A stretch of 64,000 nucleotides of DNA from the NCBI GenBank assembly GCA_034780895.1, contig JAUZTB010000002.1, positions 86,032,035 through 86,096,034 on the forward strand. Reading direction: 5' to 3'. The notes under the pieces were generated by a model. The model was not told the DNA's origin. It searched no databases and was given only the letters and a program-made list of their open reading frames with translations. Position numbers and translations under genes: made by a program. Origin of the DNA: Rhynchobatus australiae. Its lineage: Eukaryota. Each line of letters starts with the position of its first letter. Position 1 is the first letter of the stretch. Below are positions 12,091 to 26,109 of the stretch, piece after piece.

Positions 12091-14160
12091 AATATCTAAT
12101 ATCTCAAGATAATTTATCTAATATCACAAGATAAAGAAAGAATGCCACGGCCCAATAGAACTACCAGGACTATGTGGGTAGATCCTACCTTGCTTGTATA
12201 ACTCATTAAAGACACCTGCCTAAGCAGGTTACATATATTTTCTATGTTTTTGTGACTAAGACTGCAATCCAACAAAACCAGGGGGACCGGGAAATAAAAA
12301 GAGGCAGAATGGGGCGAACAGGATTGGTCCCTAGGGAGCCAGCGTAGACCAGAAGGGTTAATTGGCCTCATTCAGTGTCTTCAGAAGTATAGAAAAAATG
12401 GTGAACAGGTTGTTTATGAGTTATGAGGAACAGATTTTCCATGGAAATAACAGGGAGGAATCGTGTTCCCCGTACCCTGTTGTACTCCCAGTCCAGAGCT
12501 ACATTAGTTGGTGTTACCTTTATTGCCTCTTTCTTCCCCACCAGTGAAGTCAGACTGCCAGACTTCCCATAGCTCAGGTGCTGTCAAAAAGCTACCAGAT
12601 AACAAATCTCAGGCTGCTGCTGCTTAAAGTGAGCTTTTTTTGTGGTACAAAAAAAAACAAAACTGCTGGAGGAACTCAGGAGGTTGAGCAGCATTTGTGG
12701 GGGGAAAGGAATCATCAATGTTTCAGGTCCGTCACAATGTTGAGCAAAGAGCAAGCTCACAGAGAACCCAAATGCAGCACACTGGTACAGGATTGGAGTC
12801 AGGATATTTCCTCAGGACCAGACACAAGCAGCAACGGGAAGGAATCTTAGAGATCTGAGTAGGAATCCCAACACAAACTGAATCTTCAAACAGGAATAGA
12901 GAACACAGGACTGCTCTAGAGTAGANNNNNNNNNNNNNNNNNNNNNNNNNNNNNNNNNNNNNNNNNNNNNNNNNNNNNNNNNNNNNNNNNNNNNNNNNNN
13001 NNNNNNNNNNNNNNNNNNNNNNNNNTGTTTTCATACTTTGGGAATCTATATAATTAAGCAACAAATATTTGTTGCAGTAGGTGGCCGGTTGCTTTTTGTG
13101 CCAGTGTCTGCAGCAACTGGAATGCAAGCAGATAAAATCTTAACCACTGCAGTTGATTAGTAGGCTAAGTGGCTACAATGCTGCAAATTGCCCCTTGTGC
13201 AGGTGGATTGTAGGAGAATCAGAGCAAGTTGATGGACACGTGAAAGAGAATAGGTCACAGGGAAAAATGAGGATGATATGGTCTAGCATAGACTCAATGG
13301 GTCGAATGGCCTGCCTTTGAGAAATGTGAGAACATTCAGTTTGAGCTAAAGTGAAGCATAAAAGGTGGAACAGATTAGATGTTTCTGAGCTGTACATTCC
13401 ACGGAGCCTTCAAGTGGTAGAGTCTGATGAAGACCCTCCACCATGGTTCTAGTGACCTCTTATTTTGGACAACAACTTATAAATCACACTGAACAAATCA
13501 TTATTCCATACACCACAACTCTATTACTAGGGCCCAATCCCAAAAGCACAGGCTTGGTGGGGAAAACGTAACTGATTTATTTATGTTACTGAATCAGTGC
13601 TGGTGCCCAGAAATGCTCCACCACTCAGCACTGACTCCTTCAACACTCCACGGGTGGCTTAACTCCAGCTTTCCTTGTAACTTGGCTCCTAACACTGGAT
13701 TTTGTTGGACCCAAGGAGCAGAATATTTAAAGGAATAGTCCGCACAGCACGGTCAAAAGTATGAGCAGACAGAACCAAGTAATATCAGAAGACTCTGCCA
13801 AGTCTACTTGCTTAATTCTCAGTCTCACTACAAAATTTATCTAAGGGTCTTGAAATTTACCTCAATCTAAACTGTGACTATAAAATGGCCAATAATTGAG
13901 CTCACTATCAAATTATTCCCCAGTTCACTGGTTTCCAAGATTGTGTTGGAAATTGAATTAAGATGGTAAAGTTCACAGTTATACTTCAAGTCCTCACAAT
14001 GATGGGCCTAGTGGAGTAATGTTATCCCAGTGGTGAGGTTCCACTTTCAATAAAGAAGCCCTCACTACTATCAAGCATAAGACATACCCAGATCTGTTTA
14101 AGAATTGGAATGACATGTACATTTCAGGTTACATGGTGCCTTGTTATATTTCTCAGTGAA

Positions 14161-14530
14161 ACTTGTTGGTCTCCCAGCACTGTGAGATGTCAACTGGCAC
14201 ATTCCAGGCTGCAGAAGTACGTGCTGAGGGACACACTGAAGCTGGGTGCAGCCAACGCAAGGGCTTGGTGGGGAAGGACTACAGTTTAGGGTTCTTCTGC
14301 CACTGGAGAGGGAGGGGCAGGGTCAAGCGAGAAAGCCCCTTAAATATTGTAAATACGGGATTGGGGTAGCACCCCAGGGAGCCACATGAGTGGCATCGGT
14401 GCAGTGCTTTTTATATAAAAAGGTAACACTAATGATTGATCCACACATGAATGTAAAGGTTTGCACTGTTTTATTGTTGGATATAGAGTATTTTTTATGA
14501 TGAAAAAAATTTATTTTGGAATAAAAAAAA
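14161..14530 (+). mobile_element. Second, shorter copy of the same Tx1-like LINE
   Basis: Aligns by eye to 10979-11361 (ACTTGTTGGTCTCCCAGCAC...GGGACACACTGAAGCTGGG) and ends in an A-tail. Confidence 0.8.
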
Positions 14531-14565
14531 TCTCTGCTTGTGGGCCACAGGGAACTAAATACTAG

Positions 14566-14930
14566 GAGCAGTACTGTGGTGTAGCTACTAGAACCACTGC
14601 CTCACAGTGCCAGCAAACCAGGTTGAGTCCTAATCTCAGGTGCTGTCTATGTGCAATTTGCACAACCTCCTGTGACTGCCTGAGTTTCCTCCAGGTGTAC
14701 TGGTTTCCTCCCACATCCCATAGACATGTGGATTGGTAGATTAATTGGCCACTGTAAAATGCCCCTAGAATGTTAACATGACCCAGATTCTACAATGCAC
14801 TAGAATCTGGGGCATGTTAACAGGAAGGTGGGGGAACAACATGTGATTGGCATAGGTGAGCACTTGGCCAGGGCAGTCTCAATGTGCCAAAGGGTCTGTT
14901 TCCATTCTTTAATACTCTATGATACTATGA
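14566..14930 (+). mobile_element. HE1-like V-SINE with CR1-derived tail
   Basis: tRNA-like head, V-domain GGTTTCCTCCCACATCCC..TTAATTGGCCACTGTAAA, and tail ACTCTATGA. Confidence 0.7.
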
Positions 14931-17435
14931 CTAAGTTGTTGCATTAAAAATGCACCTCTCTTGAGAAATACTGATAACGGTAACCACTGCCCAAGACAAA
15001 AAAAAAAATCCCCCTTAAGATGCACAGATAGCAATTCAGTACCCTGTTGCAGCTTTCTCCCCATATCGCTTGATCCCTCAGCCCCAAGAAGAATATTTAT
15101 CTCTTTCTTGAATATATTGAATGATTTGGCTTCAACTGCTTTCTGTATAGGTTTACCACTCCCTGGGAGAAGAAATTCCTGTCCATCTTGGTCATAAATG
15201 GCTTATCCCTTACCCTTGGACAGTAACCCCTGGTCCTGGACTCCCTAGCCATCAAGGACATCCTTCCTGCGTCTAATCTGTTTGTATGTGAACTTGCTGT
15301 CACACAGTAATTAAGGTGAGCAGCACAGATATCTTTAAGAGGAAGTTAGATAGGTACATGAAGAAGAAAAAGATAACATTAACCTGTAAAATACAGCTAG
15401 AGGTGGCTTATGTAGTCCATGACTGGCAAGAACAGCTGGGCTGAATGGTAAATCTTTGGATCATATACGTTTCAATAAAATCACCCCTCATTCTTCTAAA
15501 CTCCAAAAAACACAGATCCAATTTCTTGAGCCTTTTGATAAGCCAATTCTCTCACCCCAGGAATTAGCCTGTTGAGTCTCTTTTGGTCTGCCTCTAATGC
15601 TCCTATATCCTTTCTTAAATAAGGCACCAAAACTGTGTACACCTCCCAACCCACTCCATTTCCTCTCCTCTCGCAGCTAAGTTCTTCTTAGATCTACCTT
15701 ACGCGAAGTGCTTTCAGTACCATCTCCTCAAACTCCCAAGTTACTACATCCCAACTGATTATCTTCACTAAACCAACAGTATCCTCCTTCTCATCCTTTG
15801 GCTTCCTTCTTTCTGTATCAGCCCCAAGACTTCTCTTCGGTCCAACCTTCTTTCTGAAGCATCTGAAAGGAAAGAACTTGCAGGTGCATGGGGAGAGAAG
15901 TGGGACCATCTGGACTGTTCTTACACACAGCCAGCACAGACACATTGAGTAGAATGGGCACCTTCTGTGCTGCAACTGTTCTGTGATTAGTCAGCGACTA
16001 TCTGAAAACCACAGAGCTGCTGGAAATACAGCTTTAAGGGATGAGGCAGGGGAAAGAGAGACAACAGAAAGTGCACGACAGAAACATTAAAGTCCTAGTA
16101 AAAGGTGAGAAAAAAAATGTTGCACCCCAACAAACATAGAGGTAGAAGGAGGGAGAAAGACAAAAGAGCAGACATGAAAGAAATAGGGGAAGGAGAAAAG
16201 CAGAGATAGTTTGGAAGTGACATAAGGCCTGAAACTCCTCAGGCCTGGTCTGCTGGTACAGGTTGCTGGCAAACCATTTCAAACATGCTAAACTCTTGGT
16301 GAAAAATAGGAGCTATACCACCCACATAATATGCTTTGATATCTGACTAAAGGTGCTCCTATAATCAGATAATTGCCTTATATGCATGCTATCCAAGTCG
16401 GTCCAAATGCCTGGGCAATGAGACCTCAGGCAATTTTCTACATTGTAGAAAGGCAAACATCTGCATCTGCCAAATCCACGTGGTATTTATCTGCAAGGGG
16501 AAATTACATCAGCTGCTGAAGATGTAGCATGGCCCTGAGCTTTGAAAGGTGGGCCAGAAAGTAGCACGCAACACGTTTCTTTTTCCAGAATTGTTTTTTA
16601 ATGTTCCCAGTTTAAACAAAGCTTGCTCACATTCTTCTGAGGTTTGGTAAACCAAACTTTGTGAGGATCACAAACCACTAGTTATGCAGCAAGCTTTCTG
16701 GGAGATCTGCTGAACACTTGGAAACTGTGCCATATTTCCAAGAGCAACTTCAAAAACAAGAGTGCAGGCTATCAAAAAATACAGTTACCAGAACAGTGCT
16801 ATGCACCCTGCTGACAAGGCCAGACTGAAGCTCACAAAGGAGACAAATGATCCTCAGATTCAATAGGGCAATCATATCATGTGTCCCAAATTTTAAAACT
16901 GAGATTTTTTTAAATGTTTTTATCAGACAAGGTCCCTGAGTTCTTTCTCGCAGCTTAAAAGCAGCTGTGAAGAGAAGATAAATAGTCAATGGCTGACATT
17001 TCTTATTAACCATTCCCTGAATAATTTCAATGCAAGTCTCTAGCTAGGAATTTCTCACTTCAATCAGCTTTGTCCCATTTCTTCCAGATTATCACTGTCA
17101 AGGCGCAATGAAGCCTTTCCAGTCACTCGCCTTGTTGAATGATGTCAGGCCTGTCAGATACTATCAGAGAAGGAAGACTACCCTCCCACCCATGACACCA
17201 GAATACAAGTGGAGATGGACATCTTTATATTGTGCCAGAAATTAACCTGGATTTACTAACATCATTGAAGTTGTATACACTTTAAAATGGATTGCAGTTT
17301 CAAAGCTGTGCTGTGCACACTCCTTTACAGTGGCTGTCACAGCTCTTAAAACCTCTACCAGCATTGTAAGAACAGATGTGAAAACCTGATTGCCTAACTG
17401 AGGATCTATGTGGCCTTGCCTCCAGTCAACAGGAT

Positions 17436-18200
17436 TTCAGGAAGGGGGGCAGTGCACATGCTCCTGTTTACATGAACGGTGCTGAGGTCAAGAGGGTTGA
17501 GAGCTTCAAGTTCCTAGGAATGAACATCGCCAATAGCCAATTACATGGACGCCATGGCCAATAAAGCTCACTGGCTCCTCTACTTCCTCAGGAAGCTAAG
17601 AAATTTGGCACTCACCAACTTTTATCGATGCACCATAGAAAGCATCCTATCCGGATGCATCACAGCTTGGTATGGCAACTGCTCAACCCTTGACCACAAG
17701 AAAATACAGAGAGTTGTGGACACAGCTCAGCACATCACAGAAACCAGCCTCTCCTCCATAGACTCTGTCTATACTTCTCACTGCCTCGGTAAAGCGGCCA
17801 ACATAATCAAAGACCCCACCCACCCCAGACATTCTCTCTTCTCCCCTCCTCCATCAGGCAGAAGATACAAAAGCCTGAAAGCTCGTACCACCAGGCTCAA
17901 GGACAGCTCCTATCCCGCTGTTATAAGACTATTGAATGGTTTCCTAGAACAATAAGATGGACTCTTGACCTCACAATCTACCTTGTTATAATTTGCACCT
18001 TATTGTCTGCCTGCACTGCACTTTTTCTGTAACTGTTACACTTTATTCTGCATTCTGTCATTGTTTTACCTTGTACTGCCTCAATGCACTGTGTAANNNN
18101 NNNNNNACCTCAATACATTGTTGTAATGAATTGATCTATATGATTGGTATGCAAGACAAGTATTTCATTGTACCTCAGTGCATGTAAGATAAGATACTAC
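17436..18200 (+). mobile_element. L2/Rex-Babar-like LINE 3' portion
   Basis: ORF 17545-17955 reads LYFLRKLR..FYRCTIESILSGCITAWYGNC..ARTTRLKDSSYPAVIRLLN, followed by a 3' UTR. Confidence 0.8.
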
Positions 18201-18842
18201 AATAATAATGACAACAATAAACTGGTATACCAATCTTCATCCCACGTGTTCTTTTTGCTCAGCTCTCAGCTTTATCAGCTCTCCTCCCACTTCACCCAGA
18301 TCCATACATCAGTGATATGTCAGGGCAAGTCTTCCTGAAGCTTGCAACTCCTCAAGAAGGAATGAATGGGAGAGAAGTTATAATTGCTTCCTCAATAATG
18401 AACGATAATGAACATGAAGGATGATTCAGTTGGAGCAAAGATCAACAGGTTTTTAAATGAAGAACTGAATAGAATGGTATCAAAAGCACAGTATTTTAAA
18501 TAAAACATTAAACTTCTGCTCTGATCCCATAAGAATTATTAAAAACAAAACAGAAGGATATCCCCCAGTGCCCTGGACTACATTTATCCTTCAACCAAGA
18601 TCATTAAAGTAGCCTCACTCTTTCTCTGGCATTTGCCTCACTTTCCCCGGCAAAATATGCAAAACTTGAGAAATATGCCTTGCTGGTACAATAAAGGATG
18701 ACATTTAAGAGATTTGGAAATGCAAGATTCTATCTCTGAATCAAATACTGTACTCTAGTTGCTAATTTTTATTTTGATATGGAACAGTGTCCTGTTGCTG
18801 GTAAATAACAGTAATATTTCCATGAACATGAAGAATAGATGG

Positions 18843-19080
18843 AACACACAAAAAAGCTAGAAGAGCTCAGCAGGTCAGGCAGCATTGATGGAGGGAAATG
18901 GACAGTCAACGTTTCAGACCCTTCATCTGGACTGGTAGTATCGGACTGAGTCCAGGTGGTCTTGACCCAAAACGTCAACTGTCCATTTCCCTCCATCGAT
19001 GCTGCCTGACCTCTTGAGTTCTTCCAGCATTTTGTGTGTTGCTCCAGATTCCAGCATCTGCAGTCTCCTGTGTCTCCATT
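18843..19080. repeat. Palindromic Penelope-derived element (two inverted arms)
   Basis: 18843-~18915 is the near-reverse complement of ~18969-19040. Hammerhead-like core on the minus strand at 18903-18934. Confidence 0.7.
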
Positions 19081-20048
19081 AAGAATTGATGGATGTTTCT
19101 GCCAAATCAGAACAATTCACTGCAGAGTTCTCATCCTGGAAAAGATAACAGCCCCAAATCTGTGTTGCAACAAATTAACAAACAGATAATTCTGAAGAAG
19201 TGCTACCATCTCATATATTTATCAATGTTTTTCTGTTGGTGAGAAGACTGTTGCCCTTGTGAAATGGAAGTTTACAATGCAGAAAACATAAGGAGCCCAG
19301 AAGCAGAATCAGAATTAGGTTCTCACTGACTTAGATGTTGTGAAATTTGTTGTTTTGAGGCAGCAGTACAGTGCAGAGACATAAAATCACTATAAATCAC
19401 AAAATAAATAAATAATACAAAAATAATAACTGAGTAGCGTGCATAGATTCATGGACTATTCAGAAATCTGATGGCAGAAGGGAAAAAGTGTTCCTAAATT
19501 TTGAGCATGGGTCTTCAGCCTCCTCTACCTCCACCCTGATGGTAGCAACGTGAAGAGGGCATATTCCAGATGGTGACAGTCCTTAGTGATGGATGCTGCC
19601 TTCTTGAGGCACCGTCTCTTGCAGATGCCCTCGATGGCAGGGAGGGTTGTGCCTGTGACCCTGCTCATTCACACATTTCAGCACCTTGCCATTGTTTCAC
19701 ATTATCTCACATATCGATGTCAAGTACCATATTCCACCTGTCCTCCCACTCTCCTGTACTTCAATTTCCAATGTAAATTTACAGAACTTTTTTTAGATGA
19801 AAGAAAATTGTTCCCTATATCCATTTAAATTATTTGGACAAACCAAAAAAAGAGATCCAACAATTCCAACCAAAATTTCTCTTTCTTCACAAATGCTGTC
19901 TGACCTGCTGAGTATTTCCAGCATTATTTACTTGCTTTTTGTTTTACTCTTCTGCCCTCACTCACCTACTTATACCTTCTCTACAAAGACCTACTCTGAT
20001 TAATAAGTCTTTGCCAGCCTTGATTGGAAAGCGCCAACTGCAATTGTT

Positions 20049-20460
20049 CAACAATCTGCCGGAGGAACTCAGCAGGTCAAGCAGCATCTGTGGGGGTACA
20101 GGAACTGTCAACGTTTCAGGTCGAAACCCTGCACCAGTCCTGATTCAGTTTCAACCTGAAACGTTGACAATTCCTTTCCTCCCACAGATGCTGCTCGAAT
20201 CGCCGAGATGCTCCAGCAGATTGTTTGTTGCTCCAGATTCCAGGATCTGCAGTCTCTTGGTCTCTAACTGTATTTATTCCCTGGATTCCCCTGGTCTCTA
20301 TCCCATCATGGACATCCCCTTTGTTCTTTCTACCCCTTGCCCCCACCCCTGCTTTTCAATTTAAAGCACACTTGCTTTCTCAATGTTCACGTTCTGACAA
20401 GAAGTCACCCATCTGAAAAGTGAACTGTTTCTCTCCCCACAGATGCTGCCTTAGCTACTG
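20049..20460. repeat. Palindromic Penelope-derived element plus a further arm
   Basis: Inverted arms at about 20049-20130 and 20140-20227, each containing GAAACGTTGACA. Confidence 0.65.
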
Positions 20461-21099
20461 AGAATCTTCAACAATTTTTATTGCAGATTTCCAACATATG
20501 CTGGGTTTTTTTTTTGCCTTTAAATTTCTAATACTTCCAGCATAAGAAATACATGTGCTCAAACACTTTGTTTCTAATCCATTAGCTAATCTTTCAAACA
20601 TGCAATTACATTTCCATTTGCACCATACAATTTAAGCTTTTTTTTCCCCCATGAGCCTCGAGACGTTTCATCAAATCCTTCTGAAAATTTGTGAACACAA
20701 CATCCACAGTATTTTTTTTATTAGGGCGCTGCCTGTAGGGTTAGCATTTATTGCCTATGCCTTATCCACTTGGCATAATGCTGACTCCATGAACCTGCGT
20801 CATCCTTCTGATGAATATACTTCTAGTGTTGTTAAGAAGGAAATTCCAGCTTTTAGGCAGCAATGCACTTCCAAGTTAGAATGTGTGCAATATGTGGGTC
20901 ACCAGCAGGAGCTGGAGTTCCCATGTGCCTACTCACCCTTGTGGTAGAGGTCATGTCAGTGGTGTCAAAATTAGCTGCACTGGGTAACTGCAGTGCATTT
21001 TGTGTATGACAGACAATGCCTAGCAAATGTTTTTCACCAAGTTATCAACCAAAGCCAGGATGTTGCTTCAGTCTTGCTGTATGCAGGGAAATGGTGCAC

Positions 21100-22330
21100 T
21101 AGTATTGGGAGGAAATTCTGTCCATGCTAACCTTTTTTGCCCATCTACACTGATCCCATTTGTCTGCATTAGGATCATTTCCTTTTAGGCCTCGCCTGTC
21201 TGAAGTCCTCTGAAATGTAGCAACAGTATCTGATCCCATTACCTCCTTTGGAAGTAAGTTCCAGATATCAACTAATCTCTGTACAAAACTTACCCCTTAA
21301 GATCCCCTTTAAATCTCCTATCTCTCACCTTAAACCCATACTCTTTTTGATAACCCTAGCATGGGAAAGAAGGCTTTGACTATCTATGCCTTTCATTATC
21401 TTATACACTTCTATTAGGTCACTCTTCAGCCTCCTCCTCTCCAGGGAAAACAAGCCTGGAGATCTCTCCTGTCCAATCTCTCTGCATAACTGAAATTCTT
21501 CAGTCCAGGCAACATCCTTGTGAATCTCCTCTACACTCCCTCCAGCGCAACCTCATACTTAGATCAGATAATAGTCATTCACTGAAATCCTCTATGCTTT
21601 GAAGAATGAGAATACTGCAAATTGGGAATTATGCACCCCATAGAGGAAAAGAATGAGTTAGAAAAAGAATGAGGTAGAAAATTAAAGAGTCATTAGGCTG
21701 GATTGCATTTACAGGCACAAAAAAAAAGAAATAGAGGCCTTAAGCAGCCAGTCCAATTTACCAAGTGAGTGAATTCAGTTAATGCCATTATTGCTAGTGA
21801 CTGGGANNNNNNNNNNNNNNNNNNNNNNNNNCTAAATGGACAGGTATCTTGCTGCAGAGAATCATTAAAAGTAGCATGTTCTTCTACTGGAGGAATAAAA
21901 TTCAAGATCACAGAGTTTATGTTAAACTTACAAAGAAGCTTGGTTAGATTACACCTGGGAATGATGTGCACATTTCTATTCTCCACATCACAATAAGGGC
22001 AGAGAAAGTGCACAAGAAGTTTGCAAGGATGGTGCCAGAATCAGAGGAACACAATATCAGGGAAAAATGGCACTCTGTGGAAAAGACCAAGAGGTGACCT
22101 AATAGAGACCTTTAGAATTACGAAGGAAATTTATAGGATAGTTCTTGATGCTTCCATTGCGGGGGGAATATATATTCTCTTCAGCTATACATGAAGAGAA
22201 ATATGAGGAAGAAAGGAACCAAAGGCAATGTTGACAGGATGCAAAGTTATAGGGTGGGAAGAAATCCAAGTTAAGTATAAATAGCATTAAAACATGTTTG
22301 GGTAAAATGATCTGTTTAGTGTCATAAAAC
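21100..22330. mobile_element. Two CR1 3' fragments (21100-21560 minus; 21830-22330 plus)
   Basis: Degenerate CR1 C-terminal peptide (LQRSLVRLHL) and CR1 tails. Confidence 0.6.
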
Positions 22331-22835
22331 TGAATGCAAATAACAGTAAAAAAATGATCATGCTACATAATTCCATGGCAACAGCAGTTTCAACAAAAAG
22401 CTTTAATTCTCATAAATTTACATGTGAACAGATGAACATGTAGGGATATTCACGTTGCAAGTTTGGATTCATGCAAAATTGGTTGCCACATTGATACATC
22501 TCAGACTGAAGAAAATTCTTGAATTGCCTCAGATTTCTGACATGAAACTTCTCCAACAAAAACGAACTGCCTTTCTCCATAAATGACAATCCATTATAGA
22601 AATTATGGAAACACACTGCACTCAAATTTGTGATTGTGAATATGGTGCTTTTGTGAGCAGATTAAGCATTAGGAAATTCAGACCTGCCAATAGAAGCAGA
22701 AAACATAAACCACCTAATAATGGGAATCAAACAGGTACCCAACGAAAGTACTTGTCAACATTTCTTGCCTATCTGTCCCCAACAATATTCATAAAGAATA
22801 CTAATTATAGTGTTGTACATGTAGCAAAGCTAACC

Positions 22836-22938
22836 TCACAAAGAGTACACAGTGATTATAATATTTGTGCTCTTAAAGACTTCTTGAATTATCGCAGAAA
22901 CTTTGTCCCACTCCAGGTTGTCCAGTCCACATCCGATC
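22836..22938 (-). CDS. OARD1: OARD1/TARG1 last coding exon
   Basis: Acceptor ttttctctgcag, phase 2. Reads (R)[33 protein letters not shown], versus recalled human [34 protein letters not shown]. Confidence 0.95.
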
Positions 22939-25088
22939 CTGCAGAGAAAACGGCCATGTTCTTAATAATAGACCCAGATATTGAGCTAACACACAAAATA
23001 CAAGGCTTCCAATGAAATGAAATACAGTAAGCAAACTAAATAACATCTGCAGTTTAATACTGAGCCACAGAAAGAAATATCAGGACAGATGACCATCTTA
23101 AAAGATGCAAGGGAGGTGGCTAGGCTGAGAAGTGTAGGAAGAGAATTCCACAGCTCGGGGCCAAGGTGCCTACAATCGTGGCCAATGATAGAGCAATTAA
23201 AATCAGAACTGCACAATGACAAAGAGGCTGCAAGTAGCCTGGCTCAACTTTGAACAACTTCCAGAGATGGGGAAGCTGTCTGAGGACAGCAACCAAAACC
23301 AGTTTTCCCTGTTTTGCAGGAAATTACTAGAATGAAAAAAAACACTGAATCTAAAGGCTCAGATCAAGTGAGAACATGATATTTGTTTGCTGCCTGCTAT
23401 GAAGATTGAAAGAAGATTTAATTGAGGCATACAAAATTATGTGCCTTAAACAGGATGAACAAGGGGCATATCTTGGTCAATAACTTGGGGCACAGATTTA
23501 AGTTTATTGATGGAAGAAATAGAGAGGAGTTGAGGTAGAAACACTTTCACCCAAATGGAACTATGGAACTCACTGGCTGAAAGAGCAGTGGAGGCAGAAA
23601 TCCTCATTACTTCAGCATTTGAGGAGTTGTAATCTATAGGCAATAGTCTGAGAGTTGGGAAACAGAGCAACTCAAATGGCTTCATTTTTGGCTGGTATGC
23701 GCACAATGGGTCAAATAATTCCGTTTGACGTCATCATTTTTCATGATTCTATGAAGACCTCTGGAACTTTGGGTCTTAATGGAGTGAAACCAAAAAGGAT
23801 TTTAGTAGAATAAAGCACTGAGTAGGAGTAGTTAGTAAGCAGGAAGAAAAAGGCAACTCTCAAAAGATTTCCTGAGCTTTCCAGCCATACAAAAGCTAAA
23901 AAGACATAAATTATGCAAACTCAACGGTGAAACCCAAAAATCACTCCCTTGTTGCATTTGTATGATGTTCAGGATCCTGAATTTCTACAAGAACCCAGCT
24001 ATTGCTTAAGACTGGACAGACTGAATGACTCAAGTGCTAAAATATCTGCAATATATTTCTTAGTCCTGTCATTGCCCTTCAAATACAGTGTTCACCATTC
24101 CCCTCTAAAAGCCCTCCAGTGAATGATTTCATTCAACCAGCTGGCGAATTTTAGAAAAGCACTATGCTGCAATAATTATGACATTAATAAATTAATATAA
24201 GAATGCTNNNNNNNNNNNNNNNNNGCTCTCATAACAAAAGACTGATGTGACAAGCAACTCTGTATTAGCTTCTAGCTCATGTTGTGATACTGCATTTAAT
24301 GGTGCTATCAACATATTTGTAAACAAATCTACTTACTTAGTGAAAAGAAGAAATAAGAGAACAAATCAACTTCTGGCTGTTTCTTTTACTCATTTTTAAG
24401 ATTATTTCATCTGACTTCTTTTTAAGCTTTAAAGATCCTAACTAGCTGTCCAAACAACAGGTTCCAAAATCAGACTGAGCAGACTTCACTGAGATTACTC
24501 ACAACATCATCTGCGCTCAATCTGTATGAAAAGAATATTTGTCACCTCTCAACATGCTAACTCGTGTTGTTTTAAAGCAAGATTCATTACATTCCTGGGA
24601 CTGGAACAGAGTTGCTGGTTTTGAAGACTTGTTATAGCTACTATGTAGTCAACACTTGGTTTGTAGAGAGGGTAGTCTTTCTTCGCTATATTTGTGCTTT
24701 GTGCATAAAATTACACAGTCCTGTGAAATATGCATCTCTAAGCCTACTGGTGACCTGTATCACTGATGCCTCTAATTTAATATGCCCTTCTCCTTGTCAA
24801 AATACCTTTGCAGCTTTCCCCTTCACTACCTCCATAACCATTTCCAATTCTACAACCACCAGATGGGAGCTTGTGTTCATAACACTGGCCTCCAATGTAT
24901 CCCACTCTCCCAAATCTGTGCAGGCTGGAGAACAACATCCCAGAAAGGAAGGACAATAGAATAATCAAGAATATATACAGTATTTAAAGAAAGGCAATGC
25001 TCAAACTGGCAATAAAAATGATTCAGAACCAAAATCTACTGCCGAGAATCAGCCCTTACACCTGAATAAAAAACATCAAAGCAAANNN

Positions 25089-25151
25089 GGCCTTGAGGCT
25101 GTTCTGCAGAGCGTCATAAGTAGGCTTATCTGATGCCAGCTTTTTGGTGAT
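25089..25151 (-). CDS. OARD1: OARD1 coding exon 4 (5' part only; truncated by NNN gap)
   Basis: Acceptor tttttctatag. Reads ITKKLASDKPTYDALQNSLKA, versus human [21 protein letters not shown]. Confidence 0.9.
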
Positions 25152-26050
25152 CTATAGAAAAATCAATCACTTAATATCAGGCAAGTCTCTGTTAACTGTC
25201 TACTTGGGTAATTATAATCGGGAAGCATAAAAGTAAAGATTTTCTAGGATTTGTATCCAAATGCATTGGATCATCTACATTAAGTGTACATTAGAATATT
25301 AAGTATCAAGAACCAACTAGCAAAATTGAAGTCAACAGGTACCAAGAAAATTCTCACTGAAACATACAAAACTGTTGCGGGGCTTGACAGCGCAGATGCA
25401 GGGCTGTGTCCCCTGGGTCAGGTATCTAGAACTAGAGGTCACAGCCTCAAAATAAGGAGGTGGCCATTAAGGACCAAGGTGAGAAGAAAAATCTTCACAA
25501 AGAGGACAGTAGATTTTTGGAATTCTTTAACCAAGGTGTACAAAGCCTCAGAAACAGAGCATGTTCAAGACATAGATTTATAGATATCAAGGGAATCAAA
25601 AGATATGCAGTCGAGACAGGAAAGTGGCATTGAGGTAAAAGGATTAACTGTGCTCTTATTGCACAGCAGGGCAGCACGATGAGCAGAATCACCAATTCAT
25701 GTTTCTATTTCTTATATAACTTTTGAATATCATATTTGTAACTTGGAGTTGGGCCTTTGAGGATTTATATTTAAATCTGGAATGAATCTTAGCTAGCTTA
25801 GCAGTAAATCAAATACTTTTAAGAGGGATTATGGAGATCTTCATCTGATTAACAAATATACTGAAGAATCACTGGCACCTGCAGGTATATTACAACTTAC
25901 AAAGAATATAGAATATCAAAAGGAACACATAATGAAAATATTTACATTTCCAAATTATTCTGTATCTTTCCAAGATGCTTAAATAACTTAAATGTGCAAC
26001 TTATGATCTCATTTCACAATCGATTAAAATAAAAAATCCAGATCAATTAC

Positions 26051-26109
26051 CAAATAATAGATGCATCTCTGATCTTTCTGTAGCACTGCAACATCCCCAA
26101 TTTTTTTTT
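26051..26109 (-). CDS. OARD1: OARD1 coding exon 3
   Basis: Splice sites tttctttacag / gtaatt; 59 nt, phase 1 to 0. Reads (K)KKIGDVAVLQKDQRCIYYL, versus human KKSGEVAVLKRDGRYIYYL. Confidence 0.95.

Noticed and set aside
24330-24535. Minus-strand acceptor/donor-like pair inside OARD1 intron 4
   Set aside because: No homology to the missing OARD1 peptide, and stops are present; probably a pseudo-exon.
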